In this document: in pieces, positions 8,345 through 17,536 of the stretch
Position numbering within the stretch: the first letter of the stretch is position 1
Layout of the letters: each line of letters begins with the position of its first letter
Source of the DNA: Nitrospirales bacterium
GTDB lineage: Bacteria; Nitrospirota; Nitrospiria; Nitrospirales; UBA8639
Assembly: GCA_963667115.1 (NCBI GenBank)
Contig: OY763007.1
Location: forward strand, 1,113,271-1,177,270
Direction of reading: 5' to 3'
Length of the DNA stretch: 64,000 nt
The notes under the pieces: generated by a model
The model's input: only the letters and a program-made list of their open reading frames with translations
Database searches by the model: none
Told to the model about the DNA's origin: nothing
Translations under genes and position numbers: made by a program

Positions 8345-10927
8345 ATGTCATACAGAAAACTGCTGCTCAACCTCTTGATTATCTGTGTGTTGGCGCCCGG
8401 GGTGTCCGCCCAGGAGACCGATCCCACGGAAGCACCGACCAGGCTCGAGGAAATCGTCGTAATCGGCAGCAGGATCGAGGGCAGAAGCATCACGGATTCT
8501 CCCGTACCGGTGGATCTCATCAAACAGGAGGACATGCGTAACACGGGACAACTGGAAGTGGGCAGGGCCATCCAGCGATTGATTCCCTCGTTCAATTTCT
8601 CGAGTTCGTCGGGCAGTGACGGAACGGACTCTGTGCGCCCGGCCACGTTGCGGGGAATGGGACCGGATCAGGTGCTCGTGCTGTTGAACGGGAAACGGCG
8701 TCACGGCAGCGCACTTATCCACGTCAACAGATCAGTGGGCCGTGGTACGGCAGGAACTGACATGAACGCGATCCCCATGGGCGCCATCAAGCGGATCGAG
8801 GTCCTGCGGGACGGAGCCTCCGCGCAGTACGGCTCTGACGCCATCGCCGGCGTCATCAACGTCATCCTCAAGGACGACTACGAGGGAGGATTCAGGACAA
8901 ACTATGGAACGACCTACAAGGGAGACGGCGATCAGTTCGTCGCCAGCCTGGACAAAGGCTTCAAGGTCGGAGAAGACGGCACGTTGCACGCGACGTTCGA
9001 GTATCGTAACCGGCAACGGACCAACCGGGCGGGGCTGTTCGGAATCCCCAATTACCCCGGCACGACCTGTACCCTGAGTGACAGTCACTGTGCGTCCGGG
9101 GCATCATGGAAGCAATCGGCCCTGGAGACATACGGAGGAGACGCCAAAGTCATTACGAATGACCCCGGCGACAGAGAGAGGAATTTCAACCGTCGCAACT
9201 TCCGCGTCGGGGATTCCGACTCGGAACAATTCAGCGGCGCCCTGAACTTCGACAAGTCACTCGGGAAAGGACTCGAATTCTATTCCTTGGCCGACGTGTC
9301 TCGGCGCGCGAACGACAGCGGCGGTTTTTGGAGACAGGGAAATTCCGACAAAGACAACCCTCCTTTTGGGAACCCACCTGTCCGTGTCTATCCCGACGGA
9401 TTTCTCCCACTGATCAATTCGACGATCTGGGACTATTCCTTCGGCGCGGGTATCGTCAAAGAGTTCAACAACGGCCTCAGGGCTGACCTGGGAGTGGTGC
9501 ACGGCGGGAACACGTTCAATTTCAACGTTTCCAACTCTCATAATGCCTCATGGGTTGCAACCAATCAGCAGCCCGGGGCCACGTCCGCGGATGCCGGAAC
9601 CCTGGAACTCTACCTCACCACCGTGAACCTGGATTTTTCCTTGCCGATACCCGACAAGAACATGAACCTGGCTTGGGGAGCGGCATACAAGCGTGACAAC
9701 TACCAGATCCAATCCGGAGAAGAATACTCGTACGCAGACTATGATGGGCCGGGAGGGGGCGACGCAGGCATTGAGGTTTTCACGGGATTCAAACCTGAAA
9801 ACGAAGTCAACGAGTCACGACACGCAATTTCCTTCTACGCGGACGCGGAGATGTTCGTCGACAATCTCGGTGTCTTCGATCAGGTTATGGTCAGCCCCGC
9901 GATCCGTTACGAGCATTACAGCGACTTCGGCCATACCATCAACGGCAAACTCGCCACGAAACTGGATTTCTCCGGAGCACTGGCCGTCAGAGGCTCCATG
10001 AGCAGCGGATTCCGTGCGCCATCCATGCAGCAACTGTACTTCAACAACCTCAGCACACAATTTGTCACCGGGCAGGCAGAGTCCATACAGGTAGGGACCT
10101 TCAGAAACGACAGCGCCATCGCAAAGGCGATCGGCATCCCCGAACTCAAGCAGGAAATCGCAACCAACCTGAGCGTCGGGGTCGTGTACCATCCGACCTC
10201 TTCGTTCACTCTCACTGCGGATGTCTACCGTATCGAAGTGAAGGACAGGATCATCCTGAGCGGATTTCTCAAGCCAACGGACCCGGCGCTTTCAGACGGC
10301 GTCATTGCGGCGTTGAATAATGCGGGAGCCGGCAGCGCTCAGTTCTTCATGAATGCGGCGGACACCGAGACCCGAGGCGGAGAAATCGTTGCCTCATGGC
10401 ACGTACCCTTCATCGACCGCGGAAACCTGGATCTGAATTTCCTGGGAGCCCTCATGCAAACCCGAATCAGAGACGTGAAACTTCCCGCCGGTCTTCCTTC
10501 TTCGCTGTTCGATGACCGGGAGCGCTCCATCATAGAAGAATGGCAGCCCAAGAGCCGCTTTACGTTGTCCGGCTTGTATCAATTGGATCAATTGTCGGCC
10601 TCGGTCATGGTACACCGCTACGGCTCGTACACGGTGAGTGGCGACGGGAATAATCCCCCAAAACAGAAATTCGACCCCCAATACGTGACCGACGTTCAGC
10701 TCAGCTACAACTTCGGACCATTCGGGATCCTCAAGCTGGGAGCCAACAACCTGTTCGACGTGACACCGGATGAAGACACGATTGATGGAGCGAGAGGTGG
10801 TACGATCATCGACAACCAGGGCAATCTCATCGTGGATTCCCCGGACGTGTTCACGTATTCGCGCCGTTCTGCGCCCTTCGGCTTCAACGGCGGGTTCTAC
10901 TACGCCGCGTTTGAATACCGGTTTTAG
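8345..10927 (+). CDS. TonB-dependent outer-membrane receptor
   Basis: Signal peptide, plug region (EEIVVIGSR..., [36 protein letters not shown]) and a C-terminal beta-barrel ending ...YYAAFEYRF. Confidence 0.9.
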   Translation: [860 protein letters not shown]

Positions 10928-10952
10928 TAAGCCTAAGCCGAGGACGCCCCTA

Positions 10953-10976
10953 CCCTCTCCCGAGGGGAGAGGGTTT
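10953..10976 (+). terminator. Hairpin CCCTCTCCC-GA-GGGGAGAGGG followed by TTT (terminator/REP-like)
   Basis: Perfect GC stem 26 nt after the receptor stop. A similar hairpin occurs at about 835-865. Confidence 0.4.
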
Positions 10977-11134
10977 CAGAAACAGAGAAGGAGATGCGGG
11001 GTTTCGGGACCGGGGTGAAGTTCCGTAGCTCGGGTTACGCTTCGCTAACGGGAGCTACGGGAGCGATATATTACAAAATCATACAAAGTTTACATATTCT
11101 GTACATATTGTACAGTTTGCCATGAACTGTACAA

Positions 11135-11969
11135 GGTAATTAGGGCGAAACGTAACCAAAATAGATCTTCAGAAACTGTTTAAACACATTCTCCCGACGG
11201 TGATTAAAGCGATACTCTACTTCTTTCAGATACATGGGGCAATGATATTTCGAGACCCCGCGATACTGATACAAGATATGTTTGGCGTAACTCCAAAAGC
11301 CTTCAATGCCGTTAATGTGATTCTTCGTCCGCGGGATCACCAACGCTTTCGCATGATTGACCGTATGATGGTGGCCATAGCGTTTTAAGGATTGATACCC
11401 GCGAAAGGCATCCGTGAAATAGACCGACCCTTTTCGGGTGTGCGCTTGAATATGCCGCATCAATTCCTCCGCACTGACCGACTCGACGACTTTCGTATAC
11501 ACGCGGCCGTCCCGCTCCAGGAGCCCGAAGACGACGCTTTTGCCCGCGGGGGCGCGGCCCCGTTGGCCTTTGCGCCGGCCACCGAAATAGGCCTCATCGA
11601 GTTCGATCTCGCCCTTCAGTTTGCCGGCTTCCAGTTCAGTGACATGATACAACGCTTCGCGCACACGGTGATAGACGCGGGTGACGACTTTCAGGTCCAG
11701 GCTCAGATCCTGGCTCAACCGATAGGCGGGTTGCAATTGATAAAAGCCTTGCAGGATCCGGATCTCCCGGCGCAGCCGCCGGAGGCTCTTGCTTTTCCCG
11801 CAACGCCCACATTTCACGTAGCCGCGGCTGGTGTGCAAGACCTGAAAGGAACCGCAGAAAATGCACTTGCGACCGCGCAGAAAGTTGGCCGCACAACTAA
11901 AAACCGTATGTCGTCCTGTAACCATGCTGGTTTTCTACCACACATTGGTTACGAAACGCCCTAATTACC
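11135..11969 (-). mobile_element. IS1595-family (ISXO2-like) insertion sequence, copy 1
   Basis: 23-bp imperfect terminal inverted repeats GGTAATTAGGGCG(AAA/TTT)CGTAACC. The 8-bp direct target duplication CTGTACAA lies at 11127-11134 and 11970-11977. Confidence 0.85.
11140..11925 (-). CDS. IS1595-family transposase (N-terminal zinc ribbon plus ISXO2-like DDE domain)
   Basis: CIFCGS...CGRCGK zinc ribbon, then ...IELDEAYFGGRRKGQRGRA...VYFTDAFRGYQSL...INGIEGFWSYAKH. Confidence 0.9.
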   Translation of the reverse strand: MVTGRHTVFSCAANFLRGRKCIFCGSFQVLHTSRGYVKCGRCGKSKSLRRLRREIRILQGFYQLQPAYRLSQDLSLDLKVVTRVYHRVREALYHVTELEAGKLKGEIELDEAYFGGRRKGQRGRAPAGKSVVFGLLERDGRVYTKVVESVSAEELMRHIQAHTRKGSVYFTDAFRGYQSLKRYGHHHTVNHAKALVIPRTKNHINGIEGFWSYAKHILYQYRGVSKYHCPMYLKEVEYRFNHRRENVFKQFLKIYFGYVSP

Positions 11970-12148
11970 CTGTACAATATGTACACTTTTGTACACTTTG
12001 TACAACGAAGAGGAATAACGGCATAAGGTGGAGCGGGGACAACTACGAACGGCAAGGACTCTGGATCCCCGATGAAGGATGTCGGGGATGACAGGAGGAG
12101 GGAGAGCGCGTGCGATGAAATTTGCCTGACTGCCCCACTGTAGGCAGG

Positions 12149-12820
12149 CTACCGCCGGACGTAGAGCAACTCACAGGCTTCGCAATAGCCATCCACCCGA
12201 CCCCGGCGAAACGCCGCGGCCAATTGCCGTCTGACCCACTCCTCGCCTTCATGGCCACCGCGGCCATCGACGCCTTGAGACAACAGCATGTGTAAGCCCA
12301 CGTCAATCAACCGTTCTTTTCGCTCTTCCATCTCAGGAGTGATGATTTCATCGATCGCGTGTTTGGCATACACCTTCACAATATCTTCATGAAATTTGTC
12401 ATAGCCCAATTTGGCGACCGTGGCTTTGCGAATGTTGGCCAGTTCCTGTTTCACCAGGGGAAGGTCTTGCATCAATTTCCGAAAAATCTCCAACCGCCCT
12501 TCCTCCCACAACTTTTTCTCCATGGCTTCGAGGACAACCCCAGGATCGATCGTTTCGGCGGGCTCCTCAGCGGCAAAATCGGATTTCCGGCCATAGCCTC
12601 CAAACCGAAGCCGTTCGTAGGATTTCCGGGTTTCAGGATCACCGAGCACTTCATACGCGGCATTGATTTCCCGAATTTTGTCTTCGGCGCTCTGGTTGCC
12701 CTGATTGCGATCAGGATGATATTTGAGCGCAAGTTTGCGATAGGATCGCTTAATCTCTTCATCCGACGCCTCTGGGGTCACCCCCAGGGTGGTATAGTAA
12801 TCAAGATGGATTCGTGCCAT
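12149..12820 (-). CDS. J-domain (DnaJ-like) protein with an uncharacterised C-terminal domain
   Basis: DYYTTLGV...IKRSYRKLALKYHPDRN...AYEVLGDPETRKSYE. There is no Gly/Phe or zinc-finger region as in canonical DnaJ. Confidence 0.8.
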   Translation of the reverse strand: MARIHLDYYTTLGVTPEASDEEIKRSYRKLALKYHPDRNQGNQSAEDKIREINAAYEVLGDPETRKSYERLRFGGYGRKSDFAAEEPAETIDPGVVLEAMEKKLWEEGRLEIFRKLMQDLPLVKQELANIRKATVAKLGYDKFHEDIVKVYAKHAIDEIITPEMEERKERLIDVGLHMLLSQGVDGRGGHEGEEWVRRQLAAAFRRGRVDGYCEACELLYVRR

Positions 12821-12956
12821 CGGTTCTCATCGACTCCTTAGGCCTAGATCATAGCGGGGGGCGGGCTTGCAGAACAAGCGGCGACGGCTCCCGCTTCATG
12901 CACGGGGAATCCGTCATCCATTTACTCTACGCTCACGCATTGGGGTATCTGCCATT

Positions 12957-13427
12957 GTGTCACACATTCTTCTTGCCAAATTGATCTCAGGCGGTCAAAC
13001 AGGCGTTGATCGGGCAGCCCTCGACGTCGCCCTGGCCATGGGTCTGCAAATTGGAGGCTGGTGCCCGAGGGGACGTCAGGCCGAAGATGGCATGATCCCG
13101 ATGACGTATCCGTTGCAGGAAACGCCTTCGCCGCAGTATTCCCAACGAACACGGTGGAATGTCCGCGATGCGGATGGAACCTTAATCCTGACCCGCAACG
13201 ACCCCACGGGTGGCACAGCCCTGACGATCCACACCGCCCGGCGCCTTGACAAGCCCTATCGCGTCATCGACTTGACAACAAAACCGGACCCCCGTGCTGT
13301 CGCCTCGTGGATTTCCCATACGGGCATGACCGTTCTGAACGTGGCCGGACCCCGGGAAAGTACCTACCCGGGCATATATCATGAAGCATTCGACTGGTTG
13401 CAGGAAATGTTGGGAACCCAAACCTGA
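12957..13427 (+). CDS. YpsA/SLOG-type 'putative molybdenum carrier' family protein
   Basis: LISGGQTGVDRAALDVALAMGLQIGGWCPRGRQAEDG...GTLILT. The GTG at 12957 fits the usual family N-terminus, so the ORF-track start at 12867 is probably too long. Confidence 0.65.
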   Translation: MSHILLAKLISGGQTGVDRAALDVALAMGLQIGGWCPRGRQAEDGMIPMTYPLQETPSPQYSQRTRWNVRDADGTLILTRNDPTGGTALTIHTARRLDKPYRVIDLTTKPDPRAVASWISHTGMTVLNVAGPRESTYPGIYHEAFDWLQEMLGTQT

Positions 13428-13523
13428 CGAAGGATTGCCCGCATGCCGTCACGACAATTCCTTGCAGGAAAGACGGAAGGCGCATACCTGACAGGCAGGA
13501 GCACGTAGCCCGGAAAGCCCTAT

Positions 13524-13733
13524 CTATCCCTCAGACTTGAGAGATTGTCTGGTGAGAGGCGGACGCCCCGGCCCGCCGGGATGCCAGGGACGACTGCCCT
13601 TACGCACCCGCATCAATGTCCGCCGTTTTTTCAAGTGCATAGCACAAAACCACTGGCTGACGGCTTTTCTGGGACAATAGATGCACAGGCCTGCTTCTTT
13701 GTGACGCCGCTGATACCGTTCTTGCCGTGTCAT
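13524..13733 (-). CDS. Small basic Cys-containing hypothetical protein
   Basis: ORF only. It contains CIYCP...C..H, possibly zinc-binding, and has no clear ribosome-binding site. Confidence 0.3.
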   Translation of the reverse strand: MTRQERYQRRHKEAGLCIYCPRKAVSQWFCAMHLKKRRTLMRVRKGSRPWHPGGPGRPPLTRQSLKSEG

Positions 13734-13892
13734 AGGAATACTCTACCGATGTTGGGTGAGTTATATTTAAGGGAAAACTCGTTCCTGCTTTTACTCTATA
13801 CCGCCGGCCCAATCCTCTTCAAGATAGCCCGGTCTTGCTCGGGAGAAGAATACATGAGACAGTACGTCGAATCCGTGAAGGTACCGTAAAGT

Positions 13893-14366
13893 ATGTGTAT
13901 CCTCTGGTTGGGGCTCATCGTATCAGGTCTGTCAGGACAGGTGATCCCCAGCCATTTGCCCGCTCCATGCTTATCACAACCAATTGAAAACACAAAGATT
14001 ATTGAAATTGTCACCATCCCGCAACTGCTTCAGACGCCAATCCGATACCATCAAAAACTGATTCGAATCCGGGGAACCGTCACGCGCCTGGAACTTCACC
14101 TCGACGACTCAAAACATTTCATCGATTTTGTGTTCCACCTCAAAACAGGACCCGACCGCGTGCTGGTTTTCGGGCGACATGATCGCACCGTGGGCGACAT
14201 CCAGATGACCACCGGTCGAACCGTTGAGGTTCAGGGCATCTTCTGGCAAGAACGAGAGGCCAATGGCTACAGGTTATTCAACAATATCGAAGCCAATCGG
14301 GTCACGTTCCATCCTCCGCTCACCCCGGATCAAGCCGCCCTTGCGCCTCTTCTTGCGAGCTTTTGA
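13893..14366 (+). CDS. Hypothetical exported protein
   Basis: ORF with a hydrophobic N-terminus. I recognise no family. Confidence 0.4.
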   Translation: MCILWLGLIVSGLSGQVIPSHLPAPCLSQPIENTKIIEIVTIPQLLQTPIRYHQKLIRIRGTVTRLELHLDDSKHFIDFVFHLKTGPDRVLVFGRHDRTVGDIQMTTGRTVEVQGIFWQEREANGYRLFNNIEANRVTFHPPLTPDQAALAPLLASF

Positions 14367-14383
14367 CGCGAGAAACACGATCG

Positions 14384-15304
14384 TCACCACGCTTCAGCCC
14401 GAAAACTGAGCGGAGCCAATTGCGCCTGCTCCAGCCCCAGGACGAGTTGATCCCGTGCCAACGGATTTCCACAAAACCGAACGTGACATTGCTGCAGATT
14501 GGGCTCCAACGCAATGAGCGGCGCAAGGTCCACGCACTCTTCCTGTCCCCCGTTCGTCCGGACTTGTATGATGCGCCCCTTCCCATGAGACCAATCCTCC
14601 GGCCATTCCCGGGTTAATACGGGATAATACGAAAAGTGTTGAGGAACCTCATGGGCCAAATCCAGCAATGCCTGGTGGTCCATCAATTGACGAGGCGTTT
14701 TGACACTCAGAATAATGCTGAAATGTCCCCCTGTGGCTCCGTCCACGGCTCCGAACGCTCTGGCTTTCATATACTGCAGATACGACAAAAACGGCGTAAT
14801 GCCCGTCGAAAGCGCCAATGCCACGATCCGTATGGAACGCCATTCGTGATCGGCTTCCAAAACCAGGGTCGTCGGATCAACCGTCTGACTGTTCTGATAA
14901 ACCACCAGTTCCGAACGGGTGTCATCATAATGCACGCACACGTCGATCGATCCACCCGTACGGCAACGTTGCACGGGATCATCGGTCTGCCACCAGGGAG
15001 AGGTATCGGCCTTTTCCTTATGAGTATCATTGATAATCGTTTCCAACACGCGCGGGCTTTCCTCCGAACAATTGGAGCGCGTATACATTCGACGGCGATA
15101 CTTTTGCGTCCGAACGCCAAACGGTTTCACCAAAAACGCCGCCCCGGGACGCATGCGATCACGAACAGGAACGGGCCGTCCATCGACCTCGAAAGTCTCC
15201 GGCAACGTGAGGACGACTTTTCTCATCTCGCCCGGGTCGTAGGTATACACGTCGGTGATCTTCGCAGGAATAAAGAGCTCACGCGGTCGGTTCATCCACC
15301 TCAC
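14384..15304 (-). CDS. Ferredoxin-NADP reductase-like FAD/NAD(P)-binding oxidoreductase
   Basis: RRMYTRS (RxY[ST]-type FAD motif), IVALALSTGITPFLSYL (NAD(P)-binding GxGxxP-like) and a C-terminal ...VRFCGNP. Confidence 0.6.
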   Translation of the reverse strand: MRWMNRPRELFIPAKITDVYTYDPGEMRKVVLTLPETFEVDGRPVPVRDRMRPGAAFLVKPFGVRTQKYRRRMYTRSNCSEESPRVLETIINDTHKEKADTSPWWQTDDPVQRCRTGGSIDVCVHYDDTRSELVVYQNSQTVDPTTLVLEADHEWRSIRIVALALSTGITPFLSYLQYMKARAFGAVDGATGGHFSIILSVKTPRQLMDHQALLDLAHEVPQHFSYYPVLTREWPEDWSHGKGRIIQVRTNGGQEECVDLAPLIALEPNLQQCHVRFCGNPLARDQLVLGLEQAQLAPLSFRAEAW

Positions 15305-15618
15305 CCCTTCCCTTCCGGCATTCAGGTTTCTGAGGGCGCCATTGCCATCTGTCCGTCCCTTGTCTCACACAGTATAGAAAGCTGAAGGGAATTCGCCAAC
15401 TGCCATCAACAACATTCACCAACACCGTCCCGCCTCACCAAAGCCTTGACCGGCAATCTGCGTGACCATTCCTGCTTCAACAACAAACCCGAGTACAAAC
15501 GTGGTGCCCCCATACCGTCGCTTGCGAGGAATTTTCATTTCCGCTACCCTATGTAGGCAATTGTACGAGCGTTATTTTCTTTTAGGAGCCTCTCGCATTT
15601 CTCAGGAAGGTCGTTTTC

Positions 15619-16695
15619 ATGACAGAACCTCTCAATAATCGACACGTCATTGAAGTCAAAGAACTGGTGACCCCCCGGCAGATCAAGGAACAACTTCCGA
15701 TCACCGCGGCCGCAGAAGCCACGGTCCTGCAAACCCGTCAGGCCATCAGAGATATCCTTTATGGACGAGACCAACATAGGCTCCTCGTGGTCATCGGGCC
15801 GTGCTCCATTCATGACTCTGAAGCGGCCTATGCCTACGGGTCCGCACTCAAAAAGGTGGGTGAGGCTACCAAAGACCATCTGCTGATCGTCATGCGGACC
15901 TACTTTGAAAAACCGCGAACAACGGTCGGGTGGAAAGGGCTGATCAATGATCCTCATCTGGACGGCAGTTGTGACATTGCCGAAGGATTCAGGCAAGCCC
16001 GAACCATTCTCCTGAACCTGAATGATCGCGGTGTGCCCTGCGCCACCGAATTGCTCGACCCGGTCACTCCCCAATATCTTTCCGACCTCATCAGTTGGTC
16101 AGCCATCGGGGCACGGACCACCGAAAGCCAGACCCATCGGGAAATGGCGAGTGGATTATCCATGCCGGTCGGCTTCAAAAACGGAACAGACGGCAGTCTG
16201 CAAGTCGCACTCAATGCCATGGTGGCAGCGCGGCAGCCTCACAGTTTTGTCGGGATTAGTCTCGATGGCGTCACATCCATGATTAAGACCAATGGAAATC
16301 CCGATCGACACATCGTGTTACGCGGCGGCGGCGGAAAGACGAATTACAGCCGGGAACACATTCTTCAAGCCCGGGACGGGTTAGTGGATGAAGAAATTGC
16401 AAGACCCATTATGGTTGATTGCTCACATGGAAATTCCGACAAAGATCACACTCGCCAAATTCCAGTCGCTCACTCAGTCGTGAAACAATATTCCGAGGGG
16501 CAACGATATATCTTAGGACTTTTGTTGGAAAGCAATCTGAAACCCGGCAAGCAATCCTGGAAGATAGACAAACCATTGGAATACGGGATCTCGATCACCG
16601 ATGCCTGCATCGGTTGGGAAGATACGGAAACCCTGTTGTACGAACTGGCGGAGACGCTGGCGAAACAATCGCCCATGCACGTGGGCACCACGTAA
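15619..16695 (+). CDS. aroG: 3-deoxy-7-phosphoheptulonate (DAHP) synthase, class I
   Basis: LLVVIGPCSIHD...RTYFEKPRTTVGWKGLINDP...IGARTTESQTHRE...MVDCSHGNS. The isozyme assignment (F/G/H) is not resolvable. Confidence 0.9.
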   Translation: MTEPLNNRHVIEVKELVTPRQIKEQLPITAAAEATVLQTRQAIRDILYGRDQHRLLVVIGPCSIHDSEAAYAYGSALKKVGEATKDHLLIVMRTYFEKPRTTVGWKGLINDPHLDGSCDIAEGFRQARTILLNLNDRGVPCATELLDPVTPQYLSDLISWSAIGARTTESQTHREMASGLSMPVGFKNGTDGSLQVALNAMVAARQPHSFVGISLDGVTSMIKTNGNPDRHIVLRGGGGKTNYSREHILQARDGLVDEEIARPIMVDCSHGNSDKDHTRQIPVAHSVVKQYSEGQRYILGLLLESNLKPGKQSWKIDKPLEYGISITDACIGWEDTETLLYELAETLAKQSPMHVGTT

Positions 16696-16989
16696 ATCCA
16701 GTCCACCACAACGGCAGGGCGCATAAGGCTCTGCCTAAATTTCCGCATTGAACTGGCTGCCCCCACTCCCGTCAGGGCTCTCTCGGAGATTCAAAATAGA
16801 GCGCGCAACATCCTCACGGACATGCGGGCCAAGGGCACCACAGCCTTATCACCGCTCGCCACCCATACGTACAGCAGAAAAGTCGTGGCACGCATGCCAC
16901 CCGAAACACACCGAGCACTGGCGATCCAGGCGGCAGAAGCCGGTGTCAGTTTGAATCGGCTACTGAACGCGCGACTGGCAAAAACTTGA
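16696..16989 (+). pseudogene. 5'-truncated HicB-family (RHH-type) antitoxin remnant
   Basis: The frame opening right after the aroG stop reads ...ALSEIQNRARNILTDMRAKGTTALSPLATHTYSRKVVARMPPETHRALAIQAAEAGVSLNRLLNARLAKT*. This is the C-terminal two thirds of the HicB pattern (P..YSGK..R.P..LH..LA..A...GVSLN). There is no N-terminal part, no proper start and no hicA. Confidence 0.5.
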
Positions 16990-17019
16990 GCAGTGCCACA
17001 TTAAAGGGACAAGAGGAAT

Positions 17020-17461
17020 TTATTCTTCCGTTCCACGCAGACATGGTTTCACAAATTTCTCTTCTAGTCTTTTGGCAAGAGAATCCCCATAGTTAAGAAT
17101 GTTATTGCGACCACGAAACTCGATTAGCGTTCGATTGGGCTCTTTTTCATAGAAGATAACTGATGTCATCACTCCTTCAAACAAATTCCCCCAATCCTCA
17201 AACACTTCAATGGATCGTGGTGGTCGGCGTCGTTCGCGCATTCTGCTGGATCGAAAGGTTGGCTCATTGTCTAGTAGGTTTATCGTGCATTCAGCTAAGT
17301 CTCGAGTCCCCCTCGACCTCATAAGCAAGGTGGGGTTCCTGCTCTTTGAGTGCTTTTATTGAATAACATCCGGACAGGACACTGAGGAAAAATAAAATCA
17401 GAAATACGCCGAGAGCGTTTACTCGGCAGCCTTTTTGTTTTATTGTAAAATTATCGATCAT
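17020..17461 (-). pseudogene. Putative lipoprotein split by a frameshift in a C5/G5 run
   Basis: The ATG at 17461 gives MIDNFTIKQKGCRVNALGVFLILFFLSVLSGC... (lipobox) and stops at 17291. A second frame (17328-17020) continues ...GTRDLAECTINLLDNEP.... Removing one base from the C5 run at 17308-17312 joins them. Confidence 0.35.
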
Positions 17462-17536
17462 GAGACTCGCCTCCTAAGGCTAGGCCTTCTTATTTCGGAC
17501 CAGTGCTGTCCTAGTCGTTCAATTCTCTACCACCTT

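Larger units (their letters stand above)
11071..12004. repeat. Phased array of (T/A)TACA(A/T)/TGTACA hexamers, split by the IS at 11135-11969
   Basis: Hexamers start at 11071, 11081, 11090, 11100, 11109, 11128 | 11971, 11980, 11990 and 11999. Spacings are 10, 9, 10, 9, 19 | 9, 10, 9. Confidence 0.6.

Noticed and set aside
11392-11964. Long antisense ORFs lie opposite real genes, for example 11392-11964 and 39661-40233 inside the IS. Others are 45818-46522, 24217-25053, 28716-29345, 29361-30086, 36149-36868, 41896-42549, 44699-45415, 50904-51689, 52395-53048 and 62085-62879.
   Set aside because: All lie antisense to, or out of frame with, strongly supported genes. Their products are low-complexity Arg/Pro/Gly-rich, as expected of stop-poor frames in GC-rich coding DNA, and I recognise no motifs in them.
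11099-11986. CTGTACATATTGTACAG and CTGTACAATATGTACAC might be LexA/SOS boxes.
   Set aside because: The spacing is CTGT-N9-ACAG/ACAC rather than the CTGT-N8-ACAG of the gamma-proteobacterial box. They also do not fit the other LexA consensus motifs I know, there is no downstream gene to regulate, and they are part of a longer phased hexamer array.
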